Shown here piece by piece: positions 49,974 to 60,005 of a DNA stretch of 64,000 bases. The position numbers and the translations under genes were made by a program. Source of the DNA: a bacterium (lineage in GTDB: Bacteria; Patescibacteriota; Minisyncoccia; UBA6257; UBA9933); the NCBI GenBank assembly GCA_021786355.1, contig JAJYNK010000009.1, forward strand, positions 517 through 64,516. The letters run 5' to 3'. Every line of letters starts with the position of its first letter. Positions within the stretch are counted from its first letter, which is position 1. Below the pieces are notes generated by a model, which had not been told where the DNA came from, made no database searches, and worked only from the letters and a program-made list of their open reading frames with translations.

Positions 49974-51089
49974 ATGAAATTAATAGTATTGAAAACTAAT
50001 TTAAGAGATGGGTTGGGTATTGTTGGAAAAATAAATTCAGAAACGCCATCACTCCCAATCTTAAAAAATTTTTTATTGGAAACAGTTGATAATCAAATTA
50101 AAATTTCCACAACTAATTTAGAACTGGCGATTACCGGGTATGTTTCCGGAAAAATAATTGAAAACGGAGGATTAACTATTCCGTTGAATATTTTTTCGGC
50201 TATTATTAACAATCTTCAAAGCGAAAGAATTGAGTTAGAAACCGAAAAAGATAATTTAATAATTAAAACGGAAAATTACGAAGCTAAACTTCAAGGAATA
50301 AAAAAAGAAGACTTTCCGCTTTTGCCAAAAGTGGAAAACAGTGAAAATTATATTGAGATTCAAAACTCTATTCTTAAAAAAACTCTAGCGTTGGTTATGA
50401 GCGCCGCCCAAGCTTCCAACGCGAGACCGGTTTTGAATAGTATTTTATTAGATTTCCAAACAAGTTTCATAAAGTTAGCCGCCACCGACGGTTTTAGATT
50501 GGCGGAGCAAACAATAAGCGAGAGTTATTATAAAACAAATCTTGAAAAAAACATAAAAATGGTTATCCCTCTAAAAACAATCCAAGAATTAATAAGAATT
50601 ATTCAAGACGAAGAAAACGGCAATATTAGGGTTTATTTCGATAATAATTTAATAATTTTTAAAAACAACAAATATGAGGTTATTTCAAGATTAATAAACG
50701 AAGAATTTCCAAATTACGACCCAATCATACCGAAGGTTATAAACACTGAAATAATAGTAAATAAAAACCAACTAATAAGCGCGCTGAAGTTAACTGGGGT
50801 TTTTAGCGACAGATTAAACGAAATAAAAATAAACATCCCAAAAGAGAGGAAGAATATCGAAATTTATTCATCCAACTCGTTTGTGGGAGAAAATAAATAT
50901 TTAATTCCGGCGAAAATAAAAGGAGAGCCGCTGGAAATAGTTTTTAATTGGCGGTTTATAACCGATGGAATAAAAAATTTAGAAACCGAAAATGTGTTTG
51001 TGGGGTTAACAAGCGATAAAAGCCCTGCGCTTGTAAAACCAGCAAGCGACTCCAATTATTTTTATATCGTTATGCCGATTAAGGCGTAA
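49974..51089 (+). CDS. dnaN: DNA polymerase III beta clamp
   Basis: LPIL, TNLE, ATDGFRL, FPNY..IIP, VMP. Confidence 0.97.
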   Translation: MKLIVLKTNLRDGLGIVGKINSETPSLPILKNFLLETVDNQIKISTTNLELAITGYVSGKIIENGGLTIPLNIFSAIINNLQSERIELETEKDNLIIKTENYEAKLQGIKKEDFPLLPKVENSENYIEIQNSILKKTLALVMSAAQASNARPVLNSILLDFQTSFIKLAATDGFRLAEQTISESYYKTNLEKNIKMVIPLKTIQELIRIIQDEENGNIRVYFDNNLIIFKNNKYEVISRLINEEFPNYDPIIPKVINTEIIVNKNQLISALKLTGVFSDRLNEIKINIPKERKNIEIYSSNSFVGENKYLIPAKIKGEPLEIVFNWRFITDGIKNLETENVFVGLTSDKSPALVKPASDSNYFYIVMPIKA

Positions 51090-51095
51090 GAAAAT

Positions 51096-53198
51096 CTATT
51101 GTGTCCAAGAGCGAACTGGCGTTTCCCAATTTAGAAACTGAGGATCGTCATTTGGATTAGTGGGGGGTGGGCCAAGTGGGTCGTTTCTGTTTACGTAAAA
51201 AAGAATATTGTGGAATTGAGAATTGATATTGTACTGACCGTTCAGTATTGGTTTGGATTGGATTATAGGGTCGGGATTGTTAAATGGTTCATTAGGAAAT
51301 TTACTTATAACTTGTTTCATAAACGAACTCCAAATTGGGAGAGCCGCTAGTATGCTTCCAGCGCTTTTTTGCATTGGTTCTCTGTGGTTGTTTCCGGCCC
51401 AAACGCCAACAGCTAAAGAAGGCGTGTATCCAAAAGTCCAGGCGTCAACGTAGTCGTTGGTGGTTCCGGTTTTGAGCGCGACTTCTCTGTCGTCGAAAGT
51501 TGTCAGGTTGTAGCTGCTCTGATAAAGAGGTCGGCGGGCTTCGTTATCCGAAAGCACATCGTTTATAAGTCGAGCGTATTGAGAGTCTATGGCTTGGATT
51601 GGCTTATCAACAAAACTTTCCATGATCCTTCCTTTGGAATCTTTGATGTTTAAAATTATCGTTTGTTGATGTCGCGTTCCTTCTTGGGCAAAAACTGAAT
51701 AAGCGCCAACAAGTTCGGTAAGTTTTATTTCTCCGCCGCCGAGCACAAGCGAGAGTCCGATTCTATCGGCGTCGTTTAGAGTCGTGATGCCGAAATCTTC
51801 CGCTGTTTTTATGACATTGTTCAATCCGGCTAAGTATAAAACTTTTACCGCCGGCACGTTTATTGATTGGGCAAGGGCATTTCTTAAATTAACCGGCCCG
51901 CGGAAAATATGGTCGTAATTTTGGGGGTGATAACAAGGCGGGTTGCTTATTTGATAATTTATATTCGATAACGGGCACGACGGGTTGTTGGACGCGAATT
52001 CGGTTGGCAAATCAAAAACAACAGTGTCCGGAGAGTAACCTTCTTTAAATGCCGTTGCATAAACTAATGGTTTTATCGAAGAGCCTGGTTGGCGGACGCC
52101 TTGGCTTGCAACATTAAAATTGCCGTCTATAGATTTATCGAAATAATTTGCCGAGCCTACTAAGGCCAGAATTTGACCAGTTTTCGGGTCTTCGGCAACT
52201 AAAGCGGCATTTTTCCCTTTGTAGAGTTCAGCGTTTCGGCTGGCTCCTTCTCTTACGACCTTGTCTGCTGTCTGTTGTAGATCCCAATCAAGGGTTGTGA
52301 TAACTTCGAAACCGTTGGTATTTAAAGCTTCTTCCCCGTACTTATCTATTAAATAATCCCTAACCATCATTACGAAGTGGGGGGCTTTTATGCTGCCGAG
52401 GTTTTGTTGAGTAAATTTAGGCGTTGTTTTTTGAGCTAATTCTTTTTCTTTTTCGGAAATAAACCCCATTTTTTGCATTTGATCGAGAATATGATTTTTT
52501 CTCGCTAAAAGATCGTCACTGTGGTTGCCCCAAGGAGAATAATAAGGGGGTGATTTTGGCAGAACCGCCATTGTGGCGGCCTCGGCGAGAGTCAAATCTT
52601 TGGCTGATTTAGCCAAATAAAGCTGCGATGCGGATTCTATGCCGTAGGTATTCGATCCGTAGGAAATCTGGTTTAAATATAAATTCAAAATAGCATCTTT
52701 CGAATAATATTTTTCTATCCAGTAAGTTAAAATAAGCTCTTTGATTTTTCTCTGCAAAGTTTTTTCGTTTGTCAGAAAAGCATTTTTCGCCAATTGCTGG
52801 GTTATGGTCGAGCCTCCTTGGACAAATTTTCCGCTAAGGATATTTGCGAAAACCGCACGGGCGATTCCTTTCCAATCAAGGCCGGCGTGCTTGTAAAAAT
52901 TTTGATCCTCCGCGGCTATGGTCGCATTTCTCATGTTGTCGGGGATTTCGGTCGATGAAAGGATTGTGCGTCTGCCTTGGCCGCTTATTTCGTAAAGCAA
53001 AATTTTTCCGGTGCGGTCATAAATTTTTGTGGACTGGGCCACTTGCCACGCAACGGCTTTTTCGGGGTTGGGCAAGCTTTTGGCAATTTTTGCCGTTTCA
53101 AATAAGCCCCAAACCGCAATGGCCAAGAAAATAATAAAAAGAACTCCAGAAATTTTTAAAACTTGGTAAAGTTTTTTATTTTTTACCGGAAGAGACAT
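51096..53198 (-). CDS. Class A penicillin-binding protein (PBP1A family)
   Basis: EDQNFY.H.G, GGSTITQQL, RKIKE, GSSIKP, SIN, KTGT. Confidence 0.95.
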   Translation of the reverse strand: MSLPVKNKKLYQVLKISGVLFIIFLAIAVWGLFETAKIAKSLPNPEKAVAWQVAQSTKIYDRTGKILLYEISGQGRRTILSSTEIPDNMRNATIAAEDQNFYKHAGLDWKGIARAVFANILSGKFVQGGSTITQQLAKNAFLTNEKTLQRKIKELILTYWIEKYYSKDAILNLYLNQISYGSNTYGIESASQLYLAKSAKDLTLAEAATMAVLPKSPPYYSPWGNHSDDLLARKNHILDQMQKMGFISEKEKELAQKTTPKFTQQNLGSIKAPHFVMMVRDYLIDKYGEEALNTNGFEVITTLDWDLQQTADKVVREGASRNAELYKGKNAALVAEDPKTGQILALVGSANYFDKSIDGNFNVASQGVRQPGSSIKPLVYATAFKEGYSPDTVVFDLPTEFASNNPSCPLSNINYQISNPPCYHPQNYDHIFRGPVNLRNALAQSINVPAVKVLYLAGLNNVIKTAEDFGITTLNDADRIGLSLVLGGGEIKLTELVGAYSVFAQEGTRHQQTIILNIKDSKGRIMESFVDKPIQAIDSQYARLINDVLSDNEARRPLYQSSYNLTTFDDREVALKTGTTNDYVDAWTFGYTPSLAVGVWAGNNHREPMQKSAGSILAALPIWSSFMKQVISKFPNEPFNNPDPIIQSKPILNGQYNINSQFHNILFYVNRNDPLGPPPTNPNDDPQFLNWETPVRSWTQ

Positions 53199-53268
53199 AA
53201 TTTTGTTAAATTATAACATTTTAAATAAATCCCGCCCCAACCTAAGTCGGGGCGGGTGATTAAATTTA

Positions 53269-53491
53269 TTATTCTAAATTGCCGTCGCTGTATTCTTTTA
53301 AATAAGAATCGTCGACCGGAGGTTGGTAATTATCTTCAGAATCGCCTAAAAGATCATCATCGGTTTTCCGGGGCGACTTTTTAGCTTTTTCCGGGTCATG
53401 TTCTTCTTCTCCGGCGGAATCAAGAACGTCATCTTCTTTGCCTTGCGGTTCTATATCCGCTTCTAGTTCGTCGATTGAAAATGAAGACATT
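53269..53491 (-). CDS. Small acidic hypothetical protein
   Basis: D/E-rich ORF from the ATG at 53491; hairpin downstream at 53230-53256. Confidence 0.55.
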
Positions 53492-53595
53492 GTAAATTTT
53501 ACAAAAAACGACCTTTCTTTGCGCCGAATAAATATCAAATTATGGCGCGGTTTGCTTAATTAGCAAAAGAATAAGTTATATATTTTTTTTGTCAA

Positions 53596-53736
53596 TCCCG
53601 CACCTTTCGCGGATTGCGAAGCTATAAAATTCCAGAAACTAAAAAGATAAAAAGTCACCCACCTTTCTTAAAGAAAAACGGTTTGGATTTAGTTCGGCGG
53701 CTTCGAAAAGAATTTATATCCGCGAAAGGTGCGGGA
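53596..53736. mobile_element. Empty inverted-repeat element with GIY-YIG-element-type termini, inside the ruvC 3' end
   Basis: TCCCGCACCTTTCGCGGAT/ATCCGCGAAAGGTGCGGGA; TCAA on both flanks. Confidence 0.85.
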
Positions 53737-54218
53737 TCAATCGTGGATAACCAACGTATTTGATTAGAGGCAACAATGGCAATCGCAATTGCATCCGAGA
53801 CATCGTCCAAAATATTTATTTTTTTTATTTTTAATATTTTAAAAATCATATCCGCCACCAATTTTTTATTGGCGTTGCCCAGGCCAGTAATATTTAATTT
53901 AACTTCCGACGGGGCCAGTTCGATAATCGGTATTTTTTGAGCCGTAGCCGTTAATATTAAAACTCCTCGCGATTGGGCGACCTCCAGGGCGGTTTTAAGA
54001 TTTTTCATAAAGAAAAGTTTTTCTATAGCAACAAAAGCAGGCCTCTGTTTTTTTAGAAGAGAGGCGAACGATTTTGAAAGTTCCAAGAGTCGAACATTTT
54101 TGTCTTGAGATGATATTTTTAACAAGCCGCTTTTTATAAGCTTTAAATCGCGGCCTTGTTTTTCTATTAATCCGTAACCGGCGCGAGTGCTGCCCGGATC
54201 GACACCTAAAATAAGCAT
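53655..54218 (-). CDS. ruvC: Holliday junction resolvase
   Basis: LGVDPG, AIEKLF, QSRGV, DD.SDA.AIA. Confidence 0.96.
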   Translation of the reverse strand: MLILGVDPGSTRAGYGLIEKQGRDLKLIKSGLLKISSQDKNVRLLELSKSFASLLKKQRPAFVAIEKLFFMKNLKTALEVAQSRGVLILTATAQKIPIIELAPSEVKLNITGLGNANKKLVADMIFKILKIKKINILDDVSDAIAIAIVASNQIRWLSTIDPAPFADINSFRSRRTKSKPFFFKKGG

Positions 54219-54276
54219 ATAATTTTCAATTTTTAATTTAAAATTTTCATTGAATTTTTAATGACTCAATTTAAAA

Positions 54277-54810
54277 TTATTTTAAGTCCGTGTTCGTTAC
54301 TATATTTTGTACATCATCGTGATTTTCTAGCGCTTCGATTAAAAAGTTTAATTTTTCTTTTCCGGCAGAAGTTGTTTCGTTTTTGAATTTCGCTGAATAG
54401 CCTTCGGCGGTTTTTTTAAAAGCCCATACAACGCTTCCCGGATCGGCCCACTTGGCTTCGTGGTCGGATAAAATTTTTTTAGTTTCCGCAACGGTCCGGT
54501 TTTTGCTGTCGGTGATGGCTTCTATTAAAATCGCGACGCCCTCCGGTCCGTAGGCCTCCATAATCAATTCTTCTAAATTGTCGGATTTTTCCGAAGCGCG
54601 TTTAATGGCTTTTTCAATATTGTCTTGCGGAACGTTGTTTTGTTTTGCTTTGTCGATCGCAGAACGAAGTGTCGGGTTGAATTGAGGATTGGGTTCTTTT
54701 TTGGCGGTAATAGTAACAACGTTTAAAAGTTTGGAAAACAAGGCGCCGCGTTTTTTATCGGTTGTTTCTTTTTTACGTTTTATTCCCGACCAGTGGGAGT
54801 GACCAGACAT
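54277..54810 (-). CDS. yebC: YebC/PmpR family protein (short form)
   Basis: MSGHSHW..IKRKK, NP.LR.AI, EAYGP.G, DDVQ; start at 54810. Confidence 0.93.
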   Translation of the reverse strand: MSGHSHWSGIKRKKETTDKKRGALFSKLLNVVTITAKKEPNPQFNPTLRSAIDKAKQNNVPQDNIEKAIKRASEKSDNLEELIMEAYGPEGVAILIEAITDSKNRTVAETKKILSDHEAKWADPGSVVWAFKKTAEGYSAKFKNETTSAGKEKLNFLIEALENHDDVQNIVTNTDLK

Positions 54811-54895
54811 GGTTGGTTGATTAGTTAATTGGTTAGCTGGCAAGAAGAGACAAGATAATAATAGAATAGAAACTAAGGAGATAAAAGTCAAAACC

Positions 54896-54923
54896 TAAGT
54901 TGTATAGTATACTATACAACTTA
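54896..54923. repeat. TATAGTATACTATA palindrome, copy 5
   Basis: 28-bp perfect palindrome. Confidence 0.9.
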
Positions 54924-55015
54924 AACTTTCTTTTTTAGAGAATAATTTGTGTGTAAAAAACAGCCCGTTGGCGAAACGCCGCGGGGCTGGTGCAAAGAGC
55001 GAGAAAATCAGATGT

Positions 55016-55345
55016 TCAGGCGGTTTTGGAAAATTCCGAGGCGGGGTAGAAGGCGTAGAGTTGCATAATTTCGATGTCGATTTTGAGAGGCATCAATGCC
55101 TCTGCAATATCGTCCGCCCGACTGGTGTCTGTGTCGCAGATGCGGAGAAACGGCACGCGTTTCCCTTCAAGGTTGTGGCAATAACTGTCGTGAACTGTGA
55201 TAATCACATCCTTGGCAAAAGGGAAACGTTTCAGAATTTTTATGGCCGCGTTTTTAAGACGGGATTCTTCGATCAAGTTATGATGGGTGGTTTCACCGGC
55301 CATTCCGTATTTCCTACTCCAACCGTGAATCTCGATGTTCGGCAT
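55016..55345 (-). CDS. Hypothetical protein (MPNIEI start)
   Basis: SD AAGGAG; terminator-like hairpin at 54960-54990. Confidence 0.6.
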   Translation of the reverse strand: MPNIEIHGWSRKYGMAGETTHHNLIEESRLKNAAIKILKRFPFAKDVIITVHDSYCHNLEGKRVPFLRICDTDTSRADDIAEALMPLKIDIEIMQLYAFYPASEFSKTA

Positions 55346-55366
55346 AACGTCTCCTTTTAGTATGGG

Positions 55367-55816
55367 TTATCGATCGGATAGGTAAAATATTTGTGGTTGG
55401 CCGTCGAGGTGGATGTAAAAATTGAAAGTCCGTATCGTGTCCCAACTTCCGTAATATTGCGTCAAACGCTCAACACGCACTCGAACGGTGTGTTTCGCAA
55501 TGTCTTCGCGCCCTGAGTTTATGGGAAACGCAAAGCACTTCGATTTACCCGGAGGTAGATAAAATTTATATCGGTCATCAATCGTAATGTGAAGTTTGCG
55601 ATCTGTTGCGCTTGTAAAAGTTACAAGAGAAGGATCGCCGGCCACGGAATAGAAAGGATCGTCGGCTTTGATTGTCTGAAGAGGCGGATGAGTCGGTTCT
55701 ATTTGCGACGGATATTTTTTTATGACAAGCTGGGGGATTTCGGTTGCCGCGCATTCCGCGACTACTACGAGTAAAATGAAACAGAAAAACAGAGCGCAGG
55801 TTTTTGGAAGTTTCAT
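55367..55816 (-). CDS. Hypothetical secreted or lipoprotein
   Basis: Signal peptide ending AECA; ATGA overlap with the upstream gene. Confidence 0.65.
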   Translation of the reverse strand: MKLPKTCALFFCFILLVVVAECAATEIPQLVIKKYPSQIEPTHPPLQTIKADDPFYSVAGDPSLVTFTSATDRKLHITIDDRYKFYLPPGKSKCFAFPINSGREDIAKHTVRVRVERLTQYYGSWDTIRTFNFYIHLDGQPQIFYLSDR

Positions 55817-56376
55817 CGGAATAAGCTCCTTACGAAGTTCACGGCATCAGTTGCTATTCCGGTTGTTTGAATGTCTACAGTAGGCGATTGATAGTCGTAT
55901 TGCGGGATGTCGCCGGTGTAAATACTTACGCCCCAACCCCAATCTTTCCGCGTGTATTGGCGGTCGGAAAAGGCGCGCGGATCATTTCCAACCCAAACTC
56001 CGGCAGTGTATCGGTAAAGAGAAATGAGTTTGCGACTGGCCGGAAATATATAGTTCTGGTAGTAAAACGTTTCTATTTCCAATTTCCAACTGCCCTTGGG
56101 AAGAGCCGTAATATATACCCTTGTCGGAGCTCTGCCGTTGAAGGTGAGTGCCGGACTTTCGCCGCGGTCGCTCCATTCCATAAAGAGTTCGTTTGTGGTG
56201 GCGTTGATGAATTTGATTGTGCACGATGCCGCGCCTTCCAAAATCACCACGCCTTTTGCGGGGTCGGTGTTGAACTTGGGCCACATTTCGGCCTGGTTTA
56301 TCGGACGCGTGCCGGCGCACCCCAAAACAACTACCAGAAATCCTAAAATAAGCGCTTTTTTCGTCCTGGTTTTCAT
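55813..56376 (-). CDS. Hypothetical lipoprotein
   Basis: Basic N-terminus, hydrophobic core and VLGC lipobox; G-rich SD. Confidence 0.7.
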   Translation of the reverse strand: MKTRTKKALILGFLVVVLGCAGTRPINQAEMWPKFNTDPAKGVVILEGAASCTIKFINATTNELFMEWSDRGESPALTFNGRAPTRVYITALPKGSWKLEIETFYYQNYIFPASRKLISLYRYTAGVWVGNDPRAFSDRQYTRKDWGWGVSIYTGDIPQYDYQSPTVDIQTTGIATDAVNFVRSLFR

Positions 56377-56613
56377 TTCGCACCCCCCTCTTTTGTCTTC
56401 TTTGTGATTTTCCAGCGTTTTTCAAATCATTTTCAGGCTATGTAAAGTTGGGAAAGACCAAAATTATTACCATACAATATCAAAAACACAATAATTTGTC
56501 AATTATAGGTGTTTTGATTTAAGAAAGAAAAGGAAAGGGAAAATTAAAAAATTTTTTGAGATTTAGTCAATTTTGATTTTAATTTTTTTAACACCTATAA
56601 TGAGAGCGATATG

Positions 56614-56755
56614 CCCCGTTAGTGAAGCTTCGGCCGATTAAATTTTTATTGATAAATAGTTAACCAAAAATAACCAAACTTTAAAAAAATGAAAGAGTCG
56701 TTGATAATAAAATTTAATTTGCCTTCGGCAAAAAAGCCGAAGCTCTACTACGGGG
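56614..56755 (+). mobile_element. Inverted-repeat element at the dnaE start codon
   Basis: CCCCGTTAGTGAAGCTTCGGC/GCCGAAGCTCTACTACGGGG; TATG on both flanks. Confidence 0.85.
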
Positions 56756-56756
56756 T

Positions 56757-59700
56757 ATGAAGTTTGTCCATCTACATACTCATTCTCATTTTTCTCTTCT
56801 TGATGGACTTATTAAAATAGATGAACTTGTTTCCCGCGCCAAAGAATTAGGCATGGAGGCCCTGGCTTTGACGGATCACGGCAATCTTTACGGAGCCGTT
56901 GAGTTTTATAAAAAAGCGACTAAGGCCGGGATCAAACCGATTTTAGGAATGGAGGCGTATGTCGCGCCGACAAGCCGCTTTGAAAAAAATGGAAAAGAAA
57001 ATAAATACCGCCACCTTACTTTATTGGCCGAAAATCAAACCGGATGGCAGAATTTAATAAAAATTTCCACCAAAGCGCATCTTGAAGGATTTTATTACAA
57101 ACCGCGCGCGGACAAAGAACTTTTAAAAGAGCACAGCGAAGGCCTTATCGCGATGTCGGGATGCTTGGGCGGAGAGATCCCCCAATTAATTTTGGAAAAT
57201 AAATTTATCGACGCGGAAAAAGTTGCGCGCGAATACCAAATTATTTTCGGAGAAAATAATTTTTTCCTGGAAGTTTGGCACCACCCGAATATCGAAGGAA
57301 TGGAAAAAGTTAAAAATGGAATAATCGAGCTGGGAAGAAAATTAAATATTCCTCTTGTCGCCACTCAAGACATTCATTACTTAAATCCCGACGACGGAAA
57401 ATATCACGATATTCTTTTGGCGGTGCAGACCGGAAACAAAGTCGAAGACGATGACCGCTTGAGTTTGCGAGCCGATGATTTTTCAATGCGGCCTCCGGAA
57501 ATTATGGCGGAACTTTTTAAAGATTTGCCGGAAGCGCTGGAAAACACGAATAAAATTTCCGATCGCTGCGACGTCAAATTAAGCATAGGAAAAATCCATC
57601 TTCCAAAATTTTCTTTGCCCGAAGGAGAAACTTGCAGCAATAAATTTTTAAGAAAATTAATCGGCGAACAGATTTCGCGAAGATTTCCGGAAATAAACGA
57701 AGAGATAAAAAACCGTTTCGAATATGAACTCGACGTTATTGAAAAAATGGGGTTTGCCGACTACTTTTTAATCGTTTCCGATTTTGTGAATTGGGCCAAA
57801 GCCCATGGGATTATGGTCGGGCCAGGAAGGGGTTCGGCTGCCGGAAGCATTATTTCTTATATTTTGGGAATTACGGATGTCGATCCTTTAAAATACGATT
57901 TACTTTTTGAAAGATTTTTAAATCCCGACCGCATACAGCTCCCGGATATCGATTTGGATTTTGCCGATACCCGCAGAGACGAAGTTCTGGATTATGTAAG
58001 AAATAAATACGGAGAAGACAGGGTTGCGCAAATAATCACTTTCGGGACAATGGCTGCCAGAGCCTCCATTCGCGACGCCGGAAGGGCTTTAGGCATGCCT
58101 TACAGCTTTTGCGACCAGATAGCCAAGCTGATTCCTTTCAATATGGATTTAACACAGTCTCTGGAGGCTGTTTCGGAGCTAAGACAATTATACGAAACCA
58201 GTCCGGACGCCAAAAACATAATAGACGCGGCAAAAAAATTGGAAGGAGTGGCTCGGCACGCTTCGGTCCACGCTTGCGGGGTGGTGATTTCAAATGAAGA
58301 ATTGACTTGCCATTTGCCGCTTCAGCGCTCTCCCCAGCAAGAGAATATAACTATCACACAATTTGAAATGCACAATGTCGAAGACCTCGGGCTTCTTAAA
58401 ATGGACTTCCTGGGCCTTAAAAACCTAACCATTATCGAAAACACAATGCGATTGGTTGCCGAAAGCGGAGGCGGTAAAATTAATTTGTCGGAGATTCCTT
58501 TTGACGACAAAGAAACTTTTTTGATTTTGCAAAAAGGAGATACGACCGGAGTTTTTCAATTGGAATCTTCCGGAATGAGAAGATATTTAAAAGAATTAAA
58601 GCCTACGGAATTTGAAGATATTGTCGTGATGGTCGCTCTTTACCGGCCGGGACCAATGGATCTTATTCCATCTTATATAGCCAGAAAATACGGCAAAGAA
58701 GAGGTTGTCTATTTGCATCCTCAACTCGAGCCGATTCTTAAAGGAACCCACGGAATAGGAATTTATCAAGAACAAATGATGAGAATCGCGCGCGACTTAG
58801 CCGGATTTACGCTTTCGGAAGCGGACACTTTAAGAAAAGCGATCGGGAAGAAAATCAAAGAGTTGCTAGATCAGCAGAGAGGAAAATTAATAGAGGGAAT
58901 GAAGGCTAGAGGGATTGAAGAAAAAACCGCGTTAAAAATTTGGGAATTATTCCCGCCTTTTGCCAGATACGGATTTAACAGAAGCCACGCGGTTTGTTAC
59001 GCGCTGATTGCGTATCAAACGGCTTATTTGAAAGCGCGATATCCTTTGGAATTTGCAACGGCGCTTTTCAACGCCGACAGCGGCGACGTGGAAAGGGCCG
59101 CCTTTCTAATAACCGAGGTGAAAAAAATGGGCATAGCGGTTTTACCGCCGGATATCAATTCTAGTTTTATGAATTTTACGCCCGAGGGAAAAAACATCCG
59201 TTTTGGATTATTGGCGATTAAAAATGTGGGATCAAACGTCGTTGAGGCGATTATCGAAGAAAGACAAAGAGGAGGGCCGTTTTTAGACCTAATCGATTTT
59301 TTAAAAAGAGTTACGCATAAAGATTTAAACCGAAAATCTTTGGAGAGTTCGATAAAAGCCGGAGTGTTCGATTCGTTTAAAATAAGCCGGGGAAAGCTTT
59401 TGGCCAACTTGGATGAAATTTTAAGATTCAGCCAGCAAAATAAAAAAAGCGCGGATACGACACAGAACAATCTTTTTGGCGACGCGTATTTCGGAGGAGG
59501 CTTGGACCTTAAAGCCGATATGCCGATTTCCAGCAAAGACAGATTGCTTTGGGAGAAAGAACTTTTAGGTTTATTTGTGTCAGGACATCCAATGAATGAA
59601 TACGCGGCGAAACTTGAAGAAAAAAACGTAAGATTTATAAGAGAACTTATTGCCAGTAGCCGAGGTAAAAATAATTTCCATAAAAGGCATAGAATCGCGG

Positions 59701-59927
59701 GGGTAATAACGAAAATACAAAAAATTTTAACAAAAGCCGGGCAACCTATGGTTTTTGCCAAAGTCGAGGATTTTGATTCGGAAATAGAAATTTTGGTTTT
59801 CAACAGCGCGCTTACAAAAACAACCGATATTTGGAAAGAAAACAATATTATAATCGGCGAGGGCCGGGTTTCCTGGAAAGACGACCAGCCGAAATTTATC
59901 TGCGAAGACGCGGCGATTCTCGCGTAA
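56757..59927 (+). CDS. dnaE: DNA polymerase III alpha subunit
   Basis: FVHLH.HS..SLLDG, GRGSAAGS, PDIDLDF, KMDFLGL, YGFNRSH. Confidence 0.98.
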   Translation: MKFVHLHTHSHFSLLDGLIKIDELVSRAKELGMEALALTDHGNLYGAVEFYKKATKAGIKPILGMEAYVAPTSRFEKNGKENKYRHLTLLAENQTGWQNLIKISTKAHLEGFYYKPRADKELLKEHSEGLIAMSGCLGGEIPQLILENKFIDAEKVAREYQIIFGENNFFLEVWHHPNIEGMEKVKNGIIELGRKLNIPLVATQDIHYLNPDDGKYHDILLAVQTGNKVEDDDRLSLRADDFSMRPPEIMAELFKDLPEALENTNKISDRCDVKLSIGKIHLPKFSLPEGETCSNKFLRKLIGEQISRRFPEINEEIKNRFEYELDVIEKMGFADYFLIVSDFVNWAKAHGIMVGPGRGSAAGSIISYILGITDVDPLKYDLLFERFLNPDRIQLPDIDLDFADTRRDEVLDYVRNKYGEDRVAQIITFGTMAARASIRDAGRALGMPYSFCDQIAKLIPFNMDLTQSLEAVSELRQLYETSPDAKNIIDAAKKLEGVARHASVHACGVVISNEELTCHLPLQRSPQQENITITQFEMHNVEDLGLLKMDFLGLKNLTIIENTMRLVAESGGGKINLSEIPFDDKETFLILQKGDTTGVFQLESSGMRRYLKELKPTEFEDIVVMVALYRPGPMDLIPSYIARKYGKEEVVYLHPQLEPILKGTHGIGIYQEQMMRIARDLAGFTLSEADTLRKAIGKKIKELLDQQRGKLIEGMKARGIEEKTALKIWELFPPFARYGFNRSHAVCYALIAYQTAYLKARYPLEFATALFNADSGDVERAAFLITEVKKMGIAVLPPDINSSFMNFTPEGKNIRFGLLAIKNVGSNVVEAIIEERQRGGPFLDLIDFLKRVTHKDLNRKSLESSIKAGVFDSFKISRGKLLANLDEILRFSQQNKKSADTTQNNLFGDAYFGGGLDLKADMPISSKDRLLWEKELLGLFVSGHPMNEYAAKLEEKNVRFIRELIASSRGKNNFHKRHRIAGVITKIQKILTKAGQPMVFAKVEDFDSEIEILVFNSALTKTTDIWKENNIIIGEGRVSWKDDQPKFICEDAAILA

Positions 59928-60005
59928 CATTAATTAGTAATTTTAGCGGGGAATACAAAGCTAATTTATTGAAATTATCGCTTTTCTGGTATAAAGTGGT
60001 CTTTA

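Noticed and set aside
54811-54891. Signal-peptide-like N-terminal extension of YebC (and LTNQLINQ extension of the Xer protein)
   Set aside because: These are translations of octamer repeats and upstream DNA; the conserved starts are MSGHS (54810) and the ATG at 13272.
59024-59845. 273-aa antisense ORF within dnaE, and similar shadow ORFs elsewhere
   Set aside because: They are antisense shadows of well-supported genes with no motifs.
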